In this document: positions 48,465 to 62,778 of the stretch, one piece after another
Numbering within the stretch: position 1 is the first letter of the stretch
Layout of the letters: every line of letters begins with the position of its first letter
Assembly: GCA_977020255.1 (NCBI GenBank)
Contig: CDROCS010002597.1
Location: forward strand, 496,001-560,000
Length of the DNA: 64,000 bases
DNA from: Obrimoposthia wandeli
Taxonomy: Eukaryota
Reading direction: 5' to 3'
The notes under the pieces: model-generated
The model's database searches: none
The model's input: the letters and a program-made list of their open reading frames with translations, nothing else
What the model was told of the DNA's origin: nothing
Made by a program: the position numbers and the translations under genes

Positions 48465-49514
48465 TTATATAAAACTGCAGATTAGCAGCAAATGTACACA
48501 ACAAAATTAACAAAATTTATGGAAAACATTTTGATATTGTAAAAAGAAAACAGAATCGTGAATTTTACTTATTTTTCCCAAATAGACAATTTATAACATA
48601 TATGTTTCCCAGTTAACGAGATGAGAACATATTGCAACAAATCAACCTGTCATGTATTTCCTATCCTTCTTATTTACCTAGCCGTACACCCAACGACTAA
48701 TATTTCTTTTTATTTCTAAAATCGCATTTCTTGAGATTTGATATCTTAAATCGAGTTGTTATCATTGTTTTCCTCAATAAATGGCTATATAGCAAATCAG
48801 AAGTTTTTTCATCGAAGGAGTCAATATCCAGCCAGACAGATGGTTGAAATGTGTAAAAATCTGATGGTGATTATTTTTAACCATTTGTTTTTTAAAGTTT
48901 TCTTTAGCATTGGATGATTTTATTGTTATTCATGCACATAAAAACTACAAAACTTTCTGATAAGCCCTATTTTCAGCAAATATATATTACATAGGTTCGT
49001 CCTCAATTTAATATTATTAACCTAGAAAATTAAAAAGATTAAGAAATGAAGGATTTACCTTGGAATTTTTCCCTTGTTAGGGGTTGAGTTTGCCAGTTAA
49101 TTCTCTGAAATATAAGTTATTATCTTAATCTTCAAATGGCTCTGTCGATTTAGTTCAGTCCCAACACTAAAATGGCTTAAAAAATCTGTATACTGTCATT
49201 TTTTCGACAAAATGTCGTTAAAATGTCTAAATTTTAGACAAAATGTCGTTAAAAATTGTTTAAATTGGCTTAAAATGACTCAAAAAATAAAAATCTACAA
49301 CTCATGTCTGGTGTTGTATGCAGGATTTTGAAACTTGACAAATCACGCAATGGTAATAGGTCCCACCCTTGGGGGGTACCTTTTACTGCAAAACCATATT
49401 GGTGTTGTATGCAGGATTTCGAGACTTGACCTACATTTGGTCTGAAAATCACGCAAACTAAGCCAATGGTAATAGGTCCCCACCCCGATCTTAAATTTAC
49501 TGTTTCAATATAAT

Positions 49515-49602
49515 CTGAGATTTCTTCAAACGCACCACCTTCTACAACTATATGATGTAAAGCCCTATCAAAAATAAATAATTCTGATTTTCCACAAGCC
49601 AT
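49515..49602 (-). pseudogene. MCP N-terminal fragment
   Basis: MACGKSELFIFDRALHHIVVEGGAFEEI versus E1 MSCTKTELCIFDKPLPQVVVDNASFEEI. Confidence 0.75.
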
Positions 49603-49604
49603 AT

Positions 49605-50035
49605 TTAGTCAAATATTGTTCTTTTGAAACGTTTGTTTATAGTATTATGCCGACGTCGTTTACGTTTATCATTAACAGTTTCCTTCTTTTCTTCAATCTG
49701 TTTTATTTTGAGTTGATCTTTAACCATTTGCAAACCATCTGAAGCATGCTGTATAAATCCCAGGAGCATTGCTTGCGCCTCTGTAATTACATTTTCTTTC
49801 AATGTTAGTGAAAAAATATATTCGGATCTGCTATTGCAGCACCAGCTAGACCAGCCACTGATTTTAATGCACCATTGGCGGCACTTTTAGCAGTTTTCAT
49901 AAAAAGTTTTTTAACAACTGAAAAGCAACTTTTTTAATCACTTGAAGACATCCACCACCATATTGATTACCAATAAAATAAGGAAGCTCATCACCCTGTT
50001 GATTTTACTAAAGGTTTCAACAATATATAAGTCCA
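49605..50035 (-). pseudogene. PZ-like core protein
   Basis: NQQGDELPYFIGNQYGGG after a frameshift. Confidence 0.7.
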
Positions 50036-50520
50036 TTGTTTAAAATGTATGGTTAGACTTGTTTTAGAACCGTATACAAATCTAACTAGTTTACCACTAT
50101 CATCTCTAATATTAACTTCTATATTGTTTATAGATGACGAAGAAACAGGCAAGTACATTGGATGATCAATTGGAACATGTATAATATCTCCATATTTATA
50201 TTTTCTTGTTGTACTCAAATGGACTTAAGCAAAAGCACACGAATACCACCAACAATTATAGGTTCTATTAAACTAGTGTACATGTAAATTTCATTGCATG
50301 CATTTGATAACTTAGGAGTATTAGATGCCTTAAACACTTGTTTTTTTATTTTCAAAAACATTTTTCGCAAACCCAATAACTGTGGCTAATGATTTATCTA
50401 TGATAATTTTAACAATATTTGGTCTCAATTTGAATTGAATCAATTAATTAACTACTTTAAAGTTTTCAAATACATTTGGTAACATTGTTTTAAAAGCTTA
50501 CACATGCTTTCACTATCTGG
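50025..50520 (-). pseudogene. Penton C-terminal part
   Basis: PMYLPVSSSSINNIEVNIRDDSGKLVRFVYGSKTSLTIHF. Confidence 0.8.
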
Positions 50521-50636
50521 AAAAGGAAATAATTGGGTATTGTATATATTTTTCGCTCACATGTAATGAATTTGTTATAGATTAAAAATAGAGTGTAATC
50601 ATTATCTTATATGTATATATTCAGATAGATAAACTA

Positions 50637-53600
50637 ATGAAACAACAATCTACATCATCACAGTTACCATTACAACATTCATCAGAACAGTCGGGTCCTT
50701 GTGTTTTATGTAAACTATATCCATTTTATTGTTTAAATGTAGCTCATAACAATTGTCATATTATCATGGAACCATATTATAGACTTAATGGTACTAATTA
50801 CTATGTATGTCCTAATTGTAATATATGTTCGATTGATAATTAGGAAAGTTTTTATGAGCTACATAAGAATCATTTATGTGATTTTAAAAGAAAAAAATAT
50901 ATTCATATGCTCCTATTGATAAGCCGTCACTTAAACGTGAAAATAAATCTAACACTGATATGCCTACTAAATACGTACGTCAGGTTGGTTTTGGAGTAAG
51001 GAGTGATTTAAATAATAGTCATATCATAATCACACATGATTTTATTGATGCTGATGTGAATAAATTATTTGTTCCTAATAGTATTAAACAGGAAATTGAG
51101 AATGTTGTTGATAGGATGCGTAAAGCTAAGTTACAATATGGAGCGCTTGTTTTATTAAAAAGGATGATGGCAAAATGAAATAATGGTATCTTTTGCATAA
51201 AGCTATTGAGTATAATGCTGATAGTTTGACTGATATATCTCAAACGTTAGACGAGAAAATTGCCAACTATAGTGAATTGAGTAGTGGATGGCGAATGCTG
51301 CGTATATTACAAATACATTTTACCTTAACAAAATATTCTAATGTAATGTATCTGAGTGGTAGTAGTTATATATCTATTCATGTTGCACTATCTCAAACAA
51401 AAGCAGTTGTAAATGTACAAAACTATGATTCAATATGATTTTTGTATGCGATTCTCACAGTTCAAAAAAAGTAATGAAATAATTGAGCATCGTTATCGTG
51501 TTTCAAATTATATTCCATATGAAGATGCCAATGAAACATATAGGTTTGCCTAGATTCGAAAAGCAAAACTAACTTTCGATAAATGTTTTAGTTAAGATAT
51601 TGACGATGATTTTCAATATAATGATGAAAATATTTTTAAACATCCCTTTGTATATATTATATATAAAACTAATAATCCATCTGATGAAACCACCAATTTG
51701 TTACTGATAGAAAATGATAGTACATTTCATTATTTAGGATTGGTAAACTTAGATCGTTTATTAAATATTGATTGTGATAGCATTCCAATAAGAATTCAGA
51801 GTAAGTGGTGCTCTAAATGTTTGCATGGTTTTAGGATGCAGAATGCATATGATAAACATATTCAATTATGTTCATTAAGCAAACAAGGAGAATCACTTTA
51901 CAAAATACCTAAAAAACGTTTTGCAAAGTTTGATGATTTATCAAAAACTTTAGATGCAAAGTTTTTAGTATATGCAGATTTTGAATCATTGTTAGCACCG
52001 CATCATTTACATAAGCAAATTCATTTACCATCCGCAGCAGGTATTTTGTTTAAAACACCAACTATTGATAATTATTATCAGTTTGTAGGTAAAATATGTA
52101 TTCAAGATTGTCTGCAGAAATTGCAAGATCTGCTAGAGAATAACGTAAAACCTTGGTTTGATGCTAATGCTCATAGAAATATACAAATGACTAATGCCGA
52201 TTGGCGTGCATATAATACCTCGAAAACGTGTTATTTATATAAAAAGGTTAATGAAAAACTTCTTCGTGATCATTAACATATAACTGGTAGATATTTAGGA
52301 TCTGCATATAACAAATGTAATATCTCTCGTAGAATGAGCAAAATTCCAATTTTATCAGTATTATTCCATAATTTGAAGGGGTATGATATACATCATATTA
52401 TGAAACATGCCATATCTAAATTTAGCTCATGGAATATATTATGTATACCACTATCAACAGAGAAGTTTATGGCTCTTATAGTAAGAACGAACTTTGTTAT
52501 TTTACGATTTATTGATTCATATCAATTTATGAGTGATAGCTTGGCTCGTTTAGTTAATCTAATTTACATTTAACGAGTCAAGAATTTCCAAATAGTTAAA
52601 TAAAATCTAAAGGGATATTTCCATATAACTATGCTACATCAGAAAACATTTTGAATGGTATTTTACCTCCTGTAACGGATTTAGATACTGAAATGTTTGA
52701 TGTGTTAAATTGTAAAACTTTGAGTGATTACATGCTAGTATATTTAAAGTTTGATGTATATTTGCTTGCCGATGTTTTTGAAGCATTTAGACAAAAGAAA
52801 TAAGAAGAAGATGGTTTAGATTCAGCTCATTTCTTTTCTACCTCTGGTTTATCATGGGCTAGTGCTTTTAAAAACATTGGAGTATGATGTAGAATTGCTG
52901 AAAGATCCTGAAATGTATAGATTTTTTGAGAATGGTATTCGTGGTGGTATAACGTTTGTAAATAAGCATCATGTGGAGTCTTCTGAAAATGCAGATTTAT
53001 TGTACATAGATGTAAATGACTTATATGGATGGGCTCTTTCACAACCACTATCATATAGTAACTTCAAATGGATTGATGATGAACATGATCTTATGTGCTT
53101 GTTATTTGAGATCGATGAGGATGATGATGTGAATGATGAATATGGTTATGTATTGAAAGTAGATATGAATATACCGGCAGATATTCATGATAAGTTGAAT
53201 AATTTATCTATAGCTCCAGTTAAACAGCGTCCACCAAATAGTAAAGTAGAAAAGTTACTCCTTACTTCATGAGTAAAGAGGAATTATATTATTAATTTGC
53301 GTCTCCTTCGATTTTATGCTTCTCTTGAAGTAAAAGTCGTTTGTGTACATCGGGCTATTTAGTTTAAACAAGCTAGAGTTTTTAAGAAATATATAGACTA
53401 TAATAAGGAAAAACGATCAGAGGCTGTTAAGTCAAAAAATTATTTTGAGAAGAAATTTTATAAACTTAAAAATTGTAGTTTGTTTGGAAAAACAATAGAA
53501 AATTTGAGGAAGCGGTTAAATGTAAGGATTTGTAACTACTCAAAGAAATTAGCATGTTTAAGCTCCAAACCTACATTCAAGAGATCTTGAGTTGTAGTTG

Positions 53601-54240
53601 ATGATTTGGTTGTTGTTTTAAGGAATAAAGAAATGGTTTCTCTTGATAGACCAATCTATATAGGGTAGGCAATTCTAGATTTATCTAAATTACGAATGTA
53701 TCAGCTACAATATGAAGAGCTGGAGAGATTTCGAAGAATGTTTAATTGTAGCATTAAAATAGTAACTTGTGATACTGACTCATTTTTTTCTAGAATGTGT
53801 TGGTGTTAACTTAGATAATCAATTGCTACCTAAAATGATCTCTGATGGTTTGTTGAACACATCAAATTATCCAGATAGTCATCCTTTATATAATAATTTG
53901 TTGAATAGTATAGTTGGTAAATTTAAGGATGTAAGTGAAGGTTGTAAATATAAAGAATGGGTGTTTTTGAGACCGAAATTATACTGCTTGAAATTTAATG
54001 ATGGTATAGAAAATCATAAAACGAAAGGAATATCGAAAAATACAAAATTCCTCATTCTGCCTATGTAAATACTTTTAATAGTGGGGAAATAATAAAAGTA
54101 GAACAAGAAAACTTTAAAAGCATAAATAATCAGATTTTCACTATTGTAAATAACAAAGTAGCCTTAAGTTCAAGTGGTGATAAGTGGAAATTGATAAGTT
54201 TAAATTAATCAAAAGCATATTGTCATTATTCTCTTTTATG
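50637..54240 (+). pseudogene. polB: Zn-finger plus pPolB of E4, many stops and frameshifts
   Basis: DEKIANYSELSSGW; VYADFES; FHNLKGYD; FIDSYQFM; GIRGG; YIDVNDLYG; CSLFGKT; TCDTDS. Confidence 0.93.
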
Positions 54241-54509
54241 ATTAAATTTATTGTTGTTGTTGTATTGTACATGAGATTTATAATGTGATTTATATAATAA
54301 ATAATTGTATTTAGATGTCTTATTATTATTTTTTATATATTAGAGCGAACTTTAGATTTTAATAAATTATACGTAAAATTACAATTTTATAATGAAACAA
54401 TTTTAATTTACATTGTCTTATAAGTTTATTTCATAAGTTTTTAAAAAAAAAGAACTCGTAACCATGAAAAAATAATAATATTTTATACACAATTAAGCAT
54501 GATAGTTTC

Positions 54510-55787
54510 TATATAATCATGATCTATATCATCCACTTTCAGCTCTTCTTGTTGATCCTTGTTTGGTCGCCCGAAATCATAGTAATCGTAGTTGTTCTGT
54601 AATAATAATATAGTTTAAATATTTAGTTTAAAAAATTATTTAAATAAAAAAATATGACCAGTTCGAATTTTATAAATTAATTGACAAAGTTCTCATATGA
54701 GGATTCCTCACTTCTCTCCATGAATGTTTTCTGCTTTGTGGATATAGAGATTCTTCACCTAACTCACGTAAAAGACCATTATATAATATAATAGAGATGT
54801 CTTCTTCAGCCTCTGAGGCATTTTTGACTCTATGATTCCAATCAAGGCATTCTTCAATCCGTTTGTATTCTTCGACCCTTTCTTCTAAATCTATGAAGTT
54901 ATATTTAGATAATTTATCAATAATGCTTTCTTAGGTATGCTGCATTCATTATAAAGTTGCTTGAAAAGAGATCTTTCGAATTTATTCACAGGTATAATTT
55001 CTTCTTCATCATCTGAAAATATAATTGTTTCCATACTGGAGATTTGTGGACCATATATGATTTCTCGTGCCTCTTCATCTTGACAAACGATATCATACAT
55101 TCGACATGTTTCTTCATCTGTAGGTTCTTTCTCTTCTTGATTTTTTCTTTTCTTCTTGACAAGTTCTTTTTTACATTCAAAAAGCTTGAAGTTCTTCTTA
55201 TCGAGGAGTTGTTGTGCCATTGTGATTATGAAATTTTCTAAAATTGATTATGTTTAAATAGTTGAATAGTGATATTATGTAATAATGTAAATATGAGTAA
55301 ACGTAGAAACTCATCAGGGGGGTTCATTGATGATATATAAAATGATGTCATCATACGTATTGTTAATATATCAATAGCATTGATATATGTAACAATGATA
55401 TTGATATAATGACATTGATTTATGTGTGAGTCATCGGAGGAGGGGTATTGGCTCGGAACCCTCATATCCACCTACTTGTGTGTTAACCACAAGATTATAT
55501 TTTAGCATATCATTGAGGGAGAGATTTATTAATCAATTTACAAACACATATCACGACAAATGGCTAAATAAGAGTCGGGGACGGTGAACACAAGGTCCAT
55601 GAGACACATTTTCCCCGTATGTACAGTGATTACAAGCCCGAAGATCTCAAAATATGAATTTAGTAAATCTTTGCTCTTCACTAGGTAAAGTTGATTATCG
55701 CCTCCCTGGATTGGCGGTGCCGACATGCGAAGTTGAGGGGCACGTCATCGTTAGCAAGACACCAAGTACCGAGACTGCCGGTGAAGA
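54510..55787. repeat. Probable source copy of the 1278-bp duplication (accessory ORFs on -)
   Basis: Here a minus-strand reading frame runs across the 55787 junction (..VFVKTLFTGSLGTWCL..). Confidence 0.9.
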
Positions 55788-56721
55788 GGGTTTTCACAAA
55801 CACCATTCAATCTGGAATACGAGACTACACTCCCTTTGCTATGGGTGTGTAGTTAGTTTCGTTGTGACCTCACGCCATCGTCAAATTGTCGAAGAGGCTT
55901 TTGATACCAAGGATAATGAAATCACAAGATTGGTCATCAAGGTTACTTACGTTTCATTCTTTGTTTCTTATTGTCTACAAATATCATTGATTTTATATTA
56001 TATCTCATTGATATTAAAGTTTCAAATATCCCCCATTTCTGACAATAACAGCGACATATGAACAAACCGAACCCGATTTCAATCGATCTTCCTCTTTGAT
56101 CGGAAGTTGGATTCTTTTCCGCTGATATGCTCATTGTTTTTGTTTCATTATAGCCTTCACTGAAACAATGCTCAGAAAAATATTGTTTAATCGACACAGA
56201 AATCAAGTCGTGAAACTCCACTGAATATGTTAAATGCAATCAGGTACCGATTTTAATGAATTTTAATGAAATAATTAATTTTCAAATACATTTAAGTGAA
56301 ACTTTCATTTTTTCACAACATTACATAATTACAAAAAAATCTTAAAATACATTTTCTAGATTCAAAATCTTATTAATGAAGTATTTACATGAATGAAATC
56401 AAGAAAATAAAGGGGAAAAAAATTAAATTACATTATGTGGGTCTAAAAATAATATCAACTTTTTAATAAGAAAAAGAATAAGTTTTTTACATCTCAGTGG
56501 AATATTATCCATTTAAAAAATAACAAATAAAGAACATTGGTTACGTCCTCCATGAAAACCTTACAATGAATTGTCAAACTAATAAATATGGTGATAATAA
56601 CATTCAACAGTCATATCAAAAATATTTATTTAATTAGTAAATACTTTTTTAATAAGATAACTAAACTTCCAATGCATACGAATATTACATCGAGATTTGA
56701 TTTTCAATTTTTTTTTCCTGT

Positions 56722-56933
56722 TTAACCCATTAACGTCTTACGTACTGATATGGGTACACCTTAATATTGATAATTATAAGTCACATTTTTTTCCAATTCT
56801 ACTGCAATTGGTAGGTCTTAGAGAATGAAATAAAAATAAATAGTTACTGAAAGTATTTGTGTTTGTTTTCAACCTTTAAATACCATAATAATATCAATTC
56901 AAGACGAAGATAATTTGTGTACTAAGGGGTTAA
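56722..56933. mobile_element. Possible piggyBac-type MITE
   Basis: TTAA-CCC ... GGG-TTAA ends; weak TIR beyond that. Confidence 0.4.
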
Positions 56934-59036
56934 TATTCCAGCTGATCAATTAAATAATTTTTTTTTAAATTAAACAAAGCCGTCAGAATTGTATTCAAAT
57001 AAAAGAAAAGTGCTAGTACAAGCGACCATTTAATTGACTACCGATAAATGCCAGAATTGAATTCAAGATCCTACATAATATCAAAAAATATATTCTTTCA
57101 TAAAAGCCGAATATTCATATGATCTTCTCGAGCCAGGTGCAGTGAGCATGTACATGCATTTTAGGAGCAACGACGACGATTGCAGATTAACCAAATTGTT
57201 GAGATTAGGAATATTAAAAAAATGAATAAATATATAATTATTTATAATAAAAATGTAACATTAAAATCTTGAAGGTTAAGGAATTGAATCAAATAACATT
57301 AATTGTATAAAATTTTAAAAAGTCTCGAAATAAATTGAAGTTTAAATAAGAACCTTTTCGAGGTCATAAAATATGTATATAGATTAGACAAAAGTTGGGG
57401 GAAATGCCGAAGAAGAAAAACTGTTAACAAGAAAATAGAGACATAAGAGAAAATCCTGACAAGTACAAATTATATAAATAGAATCGTACACAAACAGTAT
57501 CGTCGCGGCATTCCGCAGAAATTTCGCATATTTTTTGCGAACCATAGCTGCATTCAGGCGAACAACTACAGCATCCGGCCTGCCTGGAGGTTAGCTAGTA
57601 CATAAGCAACTTGTTTATTTATCTTAACGACAGAATCAGAAGTTACTGTCCGATCAAGGTCGACTCTCTTGTAAATTGAATTCAGAGCAAACAGAATCAG
57701 AGAATACATCAACATTTAAGGAACTGCGAAGTAGACAGGCTCGATAGCTCAATATTTTGGAATCCGTGAGTGAGTGAATTAAGAAGTAAACATCATATAT
57801 TTAAAAGTAAAATCCCTTTTCAAGTAAATTTAAGTAATCGCCTCTGATTACGTCAATGGAGTGAAGAGAACCAAACGTATCGATCTGATTGTAGACTTAA
57901 TATAAAAGATCATTTAAGACGGTCCCCTTAAATAATACCGTTAAAGGATTAACATATAACGCATAAGGAATTGTGCGAGTGAAGGTAGAAAGTGTCGCCC
58001 TACTTCGTGTGAAGTGTTAGCGTATAGCTCAGTTACGAATACTAGTATAAATTTTGTAGTTAATATTAATATAGAATTTTGTGTGAGCACTAGTAAAGAA
58101 TTTGTTGTGGATATATCCTACGTGTTTGTAAAATACTCTTGGAATTCCTATCCTCGAGTAATATTCGAAACACATAAATATATAGGCTAGCCGCGAGTTA
58201 AATCACGTAGCGGTGTTCCAAGCTCTGTTGAATTCAGAGGAGCATCGTTAGCGTCGTTTAGCTTCGGCTCTGTTCATATATTTAGGCCTTGGTTTTACCA
58301 GACTCTTTTCCGAAATAAACTCTAAACAAACGACTAACTGCCAATAGCCTACATCACACAACACTAGTTTTACGGTCCCTTCTAGTTATACTAAAACATA
58401 ACTCATTGAACACACCACAAGACAATAGACATAGAACCTTCAGACTTGAGACACGAACATAGATAATAAGAAAAGCTAGGCCACATCCATATGTAAGCCC
58501 TATCGCTACAGATCTCACGACCGGGGGCCTCCATACGAGGATCTAAGAGTTTCAATTAGTAACCCCAACAAAATTATTCTCAAATAACAGTGATGCAATA
58601 TTTGAATTTTATGCTCTGAGTCTTTACAACATTCTACCGATGAATATAAAACACTTTGTAACAATGTTTAAAAATTCAATCAGTGAAAACTTTACTATTC
58701 AGAAAATATTACGAAGAATAATAGACAGGAAGCACGTTTGAGTAATAAATTTAGATATAACATTATATTAAATTTATTACTGTTAATTCATTCTATTTAT
58801 TTATTAATGGTAATGAATATTTTTTTAATCCTATCTAAGGATTTAATTGTATGTTAATATTCCTCAGCAATAATTAATAGCGAAATTCTCATGTACCGAT
58901 TCTAAATTCAATATATAATAAAAATTGTAACAGTCTACTTTAAAATAAAAGTAATGTATGTTATCAACGTTTGATAATTCAAGAAAAAATTAAAGTTTCA
59001 TAATTTAAAAAAATAAATTGTTTAAAAATAGGAAAA

Positions 59037-60456
59037 TACCGTATTTGCCGGACTATAAACCGCACCGGATTATAAGCCGCACCTTGGCAGTTTTCGAGAG
59101 AAAAAAACATTAACGTATAAGCCGCACCGGACTATAAGCCGCAATTTTAAAACACTAAATGTAAGGAGTTTGGCCCATTTTGAATAAATCGGTTCAGAAG
59201 AAATATACTGGTAACACTAAATAATATATTCACCAAATTATTTTATTAGTTCTCTAAGAATTCATCACAATTTTCATCATACTCAGAATTCATATCAGTT
59301 ACTTCATCTGAATCCACAACTTGATTTTCTGCGTCTACTTCACCTTGTACACCAGAATCATTAATGATGCCTGCTTTAATAAAGCCGTTAATGATTGTTG
59401 ATGTTGGGATGGTGTTCCAAGCTTCAAGAATCCATTCAATTATTGTCACATAATCAACCCTTCGCTGTCTACCCGTTCTAGTAAAAGTATGATCCCCTGA
59501 GATCATCCACTCTTCCCAAGTTTTTCTTAATTTGGCTTTTAGTGATCTATTGACTGAGATATCAAGAGGTTGAAGAATCTTAGTCAATCCACCTGGTATA
59601 ACCGTTAAAACGGTATTGGCTCGTCTCACTAATGACTTTACAGCTTTGGTAAGATGGGCACGCATTGAATCACAGACAAGCATTGAGGTTGATGTGTGGA
59701 AGAACCCACCTGGTCTCTTATAAAAACTTCACTGCACCATGCCCTCATTAATTTCTCGTCCATCCATCCTTTTTCATTCGCCTTCACCACAACTCCATCA
59801 AAATTTGCCTTTGGGTAATGTTTAAAAATTACCATTGGTGGCAACTTGAATCCACTTGAAGAACAGGCCAAAACAACAGTACAGGATGTTTTCGTTTCCA
59901 GTTGTCACAATTGGAACTGAATTAGCTCCAATCTGTTCAATGGTGCGATTAGCTGGCATATCAAAGGGATAGGTACTTCGTCCATATTAAAGATGCAGTC
60001 CTGATGTATATTCTTTTCTGCGATTTTCGTATGACAAAATTCACGGAATATGCCGGCCTTTTCTTCAAAACCAGCAGGAAGTCGTTGGGCTAAAGTGGTT
60101 TTGCTTCGAATCGAAAAATTATTTCTTTTCATGAATCTGGTGCACCAAGATTGTGCTCCTGAGAAATTCCTAATTCTTTAGCTAATGTCTTGGCTTTGAG
60201 CCGTATAGAGACCGTTGAAACACTTCTACCAACTGATCGCATTTCTAAAACCGAATGCTTAAGAGCATCTTCAAGCTCTGGCCATCTTGGAGTGTTTCTT
60301 TTTTTTAGCTTGTCTCAGCTCATCTTCTTGCTTCCTCCATCTTCTGATCATTGACTCATCGACGTTGAGTTCTGTCCCAGCTTTCCGATTTCCATTTGCT
60401 TTGGCTAGTTCAATCGCTCTTAATTTCCACTTTGTGGTATATGAAGATCGTTTCAT
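59037..60456 (-). mobile_element. pogo/Tigger (POGK-like) DDE transposon remnant
   Basis: TA + CCGTATTTGCCGGACTATAA terminus; Brinker-like N-terminus (YTTKWKLRAIELA); NMDEVP, LVCDSMRAH, LQPLDISVN; frameshifts. Confidence 0.9.
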
Positions 60457-60478
60457 GGCTAAAAATTGAAATAATTTA

Positions 60479-60921
60479 TTATAATTCGAAATTTTAAATT
60501 ATGAGAAACTATTAAATTATTATTATTTTAGATTATTTAAACGCACATGCCACGTAATAATGAGTTAAATTATTAGACTACGATTGCATTGTAAATAACG
60601 TTTTTTAATTATTGGAGTTAGGAAATTTTGAAGATTTTATTATAATTCGAAATTTTAAATTATGAGAAACTATTAAATTATTATTATTTTAGATTATTTA
60701 AACGCACATGCCACGTAATAATGAGTTAAATTATTAGACTACGATTGCATTGTAAATAACGTTTTTTAATTATTGAGTTAGAAATTTTGAAGATTTTCTT
60801 ATAATTCCAAAATTTAAATTATGATAAACTATTAAATTATTATTATTTTAGATTATTTAAACGCACATGCCACGTAATAATGAGTTAAATTATTAGACTA
60901 CGATTGCATTGTAAATAACGT
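60479..60921. repeat. Tandem repeat, ~160-bp unit, about 2.75 copies
   Basis: ATAATTC(G/C)AAA...AAACGCACATGCCACGTAATAATGAG at ~60481, 60642 and 60801. Confidence 0.95.
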
Positions 60922-61276
60922 CAATTTTAGGGATCAAAAATCATTGTTGTCCTTAAAATTTTATTCTGAAAAGAAAAACCAAATACTTAACACATTTAAT
61001 TTGGTAATCGGTTAAAAATATTTTGTACAGTAACATTATTCAATCAGTCATTATTTTTAATTACAATAATAAAAATTATGAAAAACAATTATTCGATAAA
61101 AATTTTAGTAATAATCTACTTTTTATTAACTAATCAACTTAAAAATTTAATTGTACGTCGTACGAAATTACTAATAACTTTTTTGATACTACTATTCCTA
61201 AAGAATAAACCTTAAATTCAGTCTATAATACACACTCGTGTATAATTCGCGCCTTAAGAATTTCATTACATTGGAA

Positions 61277-61962
61277 CAGTGCTTTTCAACCTTTTTTGCT
61301 GGAGTGGAACCCCATGGAAACATTACAATGGCTGGAGGAACCCCTGTGCAACAATTTAATTGTCTTATGCAAAAAACAGCATTTAATTAATAAAATGAAA
61401 TGAAAGTACTCATGTTCAGAGTATTTATTTACAATAAAAACACAAACTGTTAAAAAAATTGTACATGTTTGAATATATTACATTTATTCTCATCAAAAAC
61501 TCAATGAGAAACTTGAGCCTGGTGTTTCTTGCACAACTCTTTAAGATTGGGTCGTGTTTTTGACAGACACACACGAATTTCGTCTTCCACATACAGCAAT
61601 TGTGCTCGCTTCTTGTGCTTGATGGTTGTCAGAACTGAAAATCCAAATTCACACAAGTAGGAGGTTGAAAATTGCACAAGAATTGTTAGCGCTTTCTGGG
61701 CAATTGGAGGATATTCCTTTTCAACCAGGAACCAAAATGCATTCAGGTTAAGCTTAGAATGCTTCAACTTTAATGTCCTGTCATTTAGAACACTGGCAAG
61801 TTCTTCTTCTTCTGTTAATGTGAACTGTTCTTCAGATGGCTCAAATTCCACTTAATTAAAATGTCGTTTATTTGTTCGTTGTTCTAATTTAGAAATTGCG
61901 GAACCCCTGGACTGTACTGGCGGAACCCTAAGGTTCCGCGGAACTCTGGTTGAAAACCACTG
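61277..61962 (-). mobile_element. Non-autonomous hAT (Charlie/Buster-like) deletion derivative
   Basis: TIRs CAGTGCTTTTCAACC / GGTTGAAAACCACTG; 8-bp flanks CATTGGAA / CATTATAA; ORF 61501-61851 with FSTSYLCEFGFS dimerisation motif. Confidence 0.9.
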
Positions 61963-62778
61963 CATTATAATACCTAATTAGCACTAATACGTCACAATTA
62001 AATAAAAGTTCATACGAGTTATTGGGTTCTATTTCAGGGTTAAATAATGCATGAGATATTAACATAATAATATATTTAGTCCTTTTTTGTTAATTTTGAT
62101 TTTAAGTGCGTAATTACAGTTAATATTAGATCCCGGTGAGCTTTCACGATTACTACTTTTCTTGTTTCTTCGATTATCGGTATTTACATTATTTTTTAGC
62201 TAGTACGATTGTGAACTTGACTTATAACTATTTTTGTCTTTCGTTCGTCATGAGGGTGAACCGCTACTAAAATAAAAATAATGTATGTGTGTTGTGTTGC
62301 CCCTCCAACCACGACAGTTTCAAATTATGATGCATTTTCCCACAATGATCAGATTGAGTTTGACAAAGTGTATATATTACGCTTCACTCGTATTCGAATT
62401 TTACTTTCCCATTTTCTCGGTTTCAAAGCTACTTTTATTGAAAATTTCATGTTTTAGAAGTTTTTGGCAGTGAAATATGTAAATCTTAAAAATCTCATTT
62501 ACTTATTTAACCACACTTATATCATTTAGACTAAAGCCTTTCCTGTGAAAACTCAAACCCTGATGTAAGTAAACTACACGTCATTTAAAGGGTTGATTGG
62601 TGTAGGTTCCCGAATCAAAAGACAGCAACAAAATGTATTGAAAATGTTGAGAAACTGCAATCTCCTACTTCATCTCGTCAGACACTGGCAGTAAATTGCC
62701 ACTTATTAATGCAATAAAAAGGTTGTCGACTAACAATAAAATTGTCTTACTGTCTCTCAATTTGGCCGATCCAGTCAG

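Larger units (their letters stand above)
49500..56240. mobile_element. Polinton element E4 (degraded, termini not found)
   Basis: MCP start, PZ-like and penton fragments on -, Zn-finger-pPolB on +, accessory ORFs beyond. Confidence 0.85.

Noticed and set aside
57480-58560. Possible solo LTR
   Set aside because: GC-richer and promoter-like, but no clear TG..CA ends, TSD or partner copy in the window
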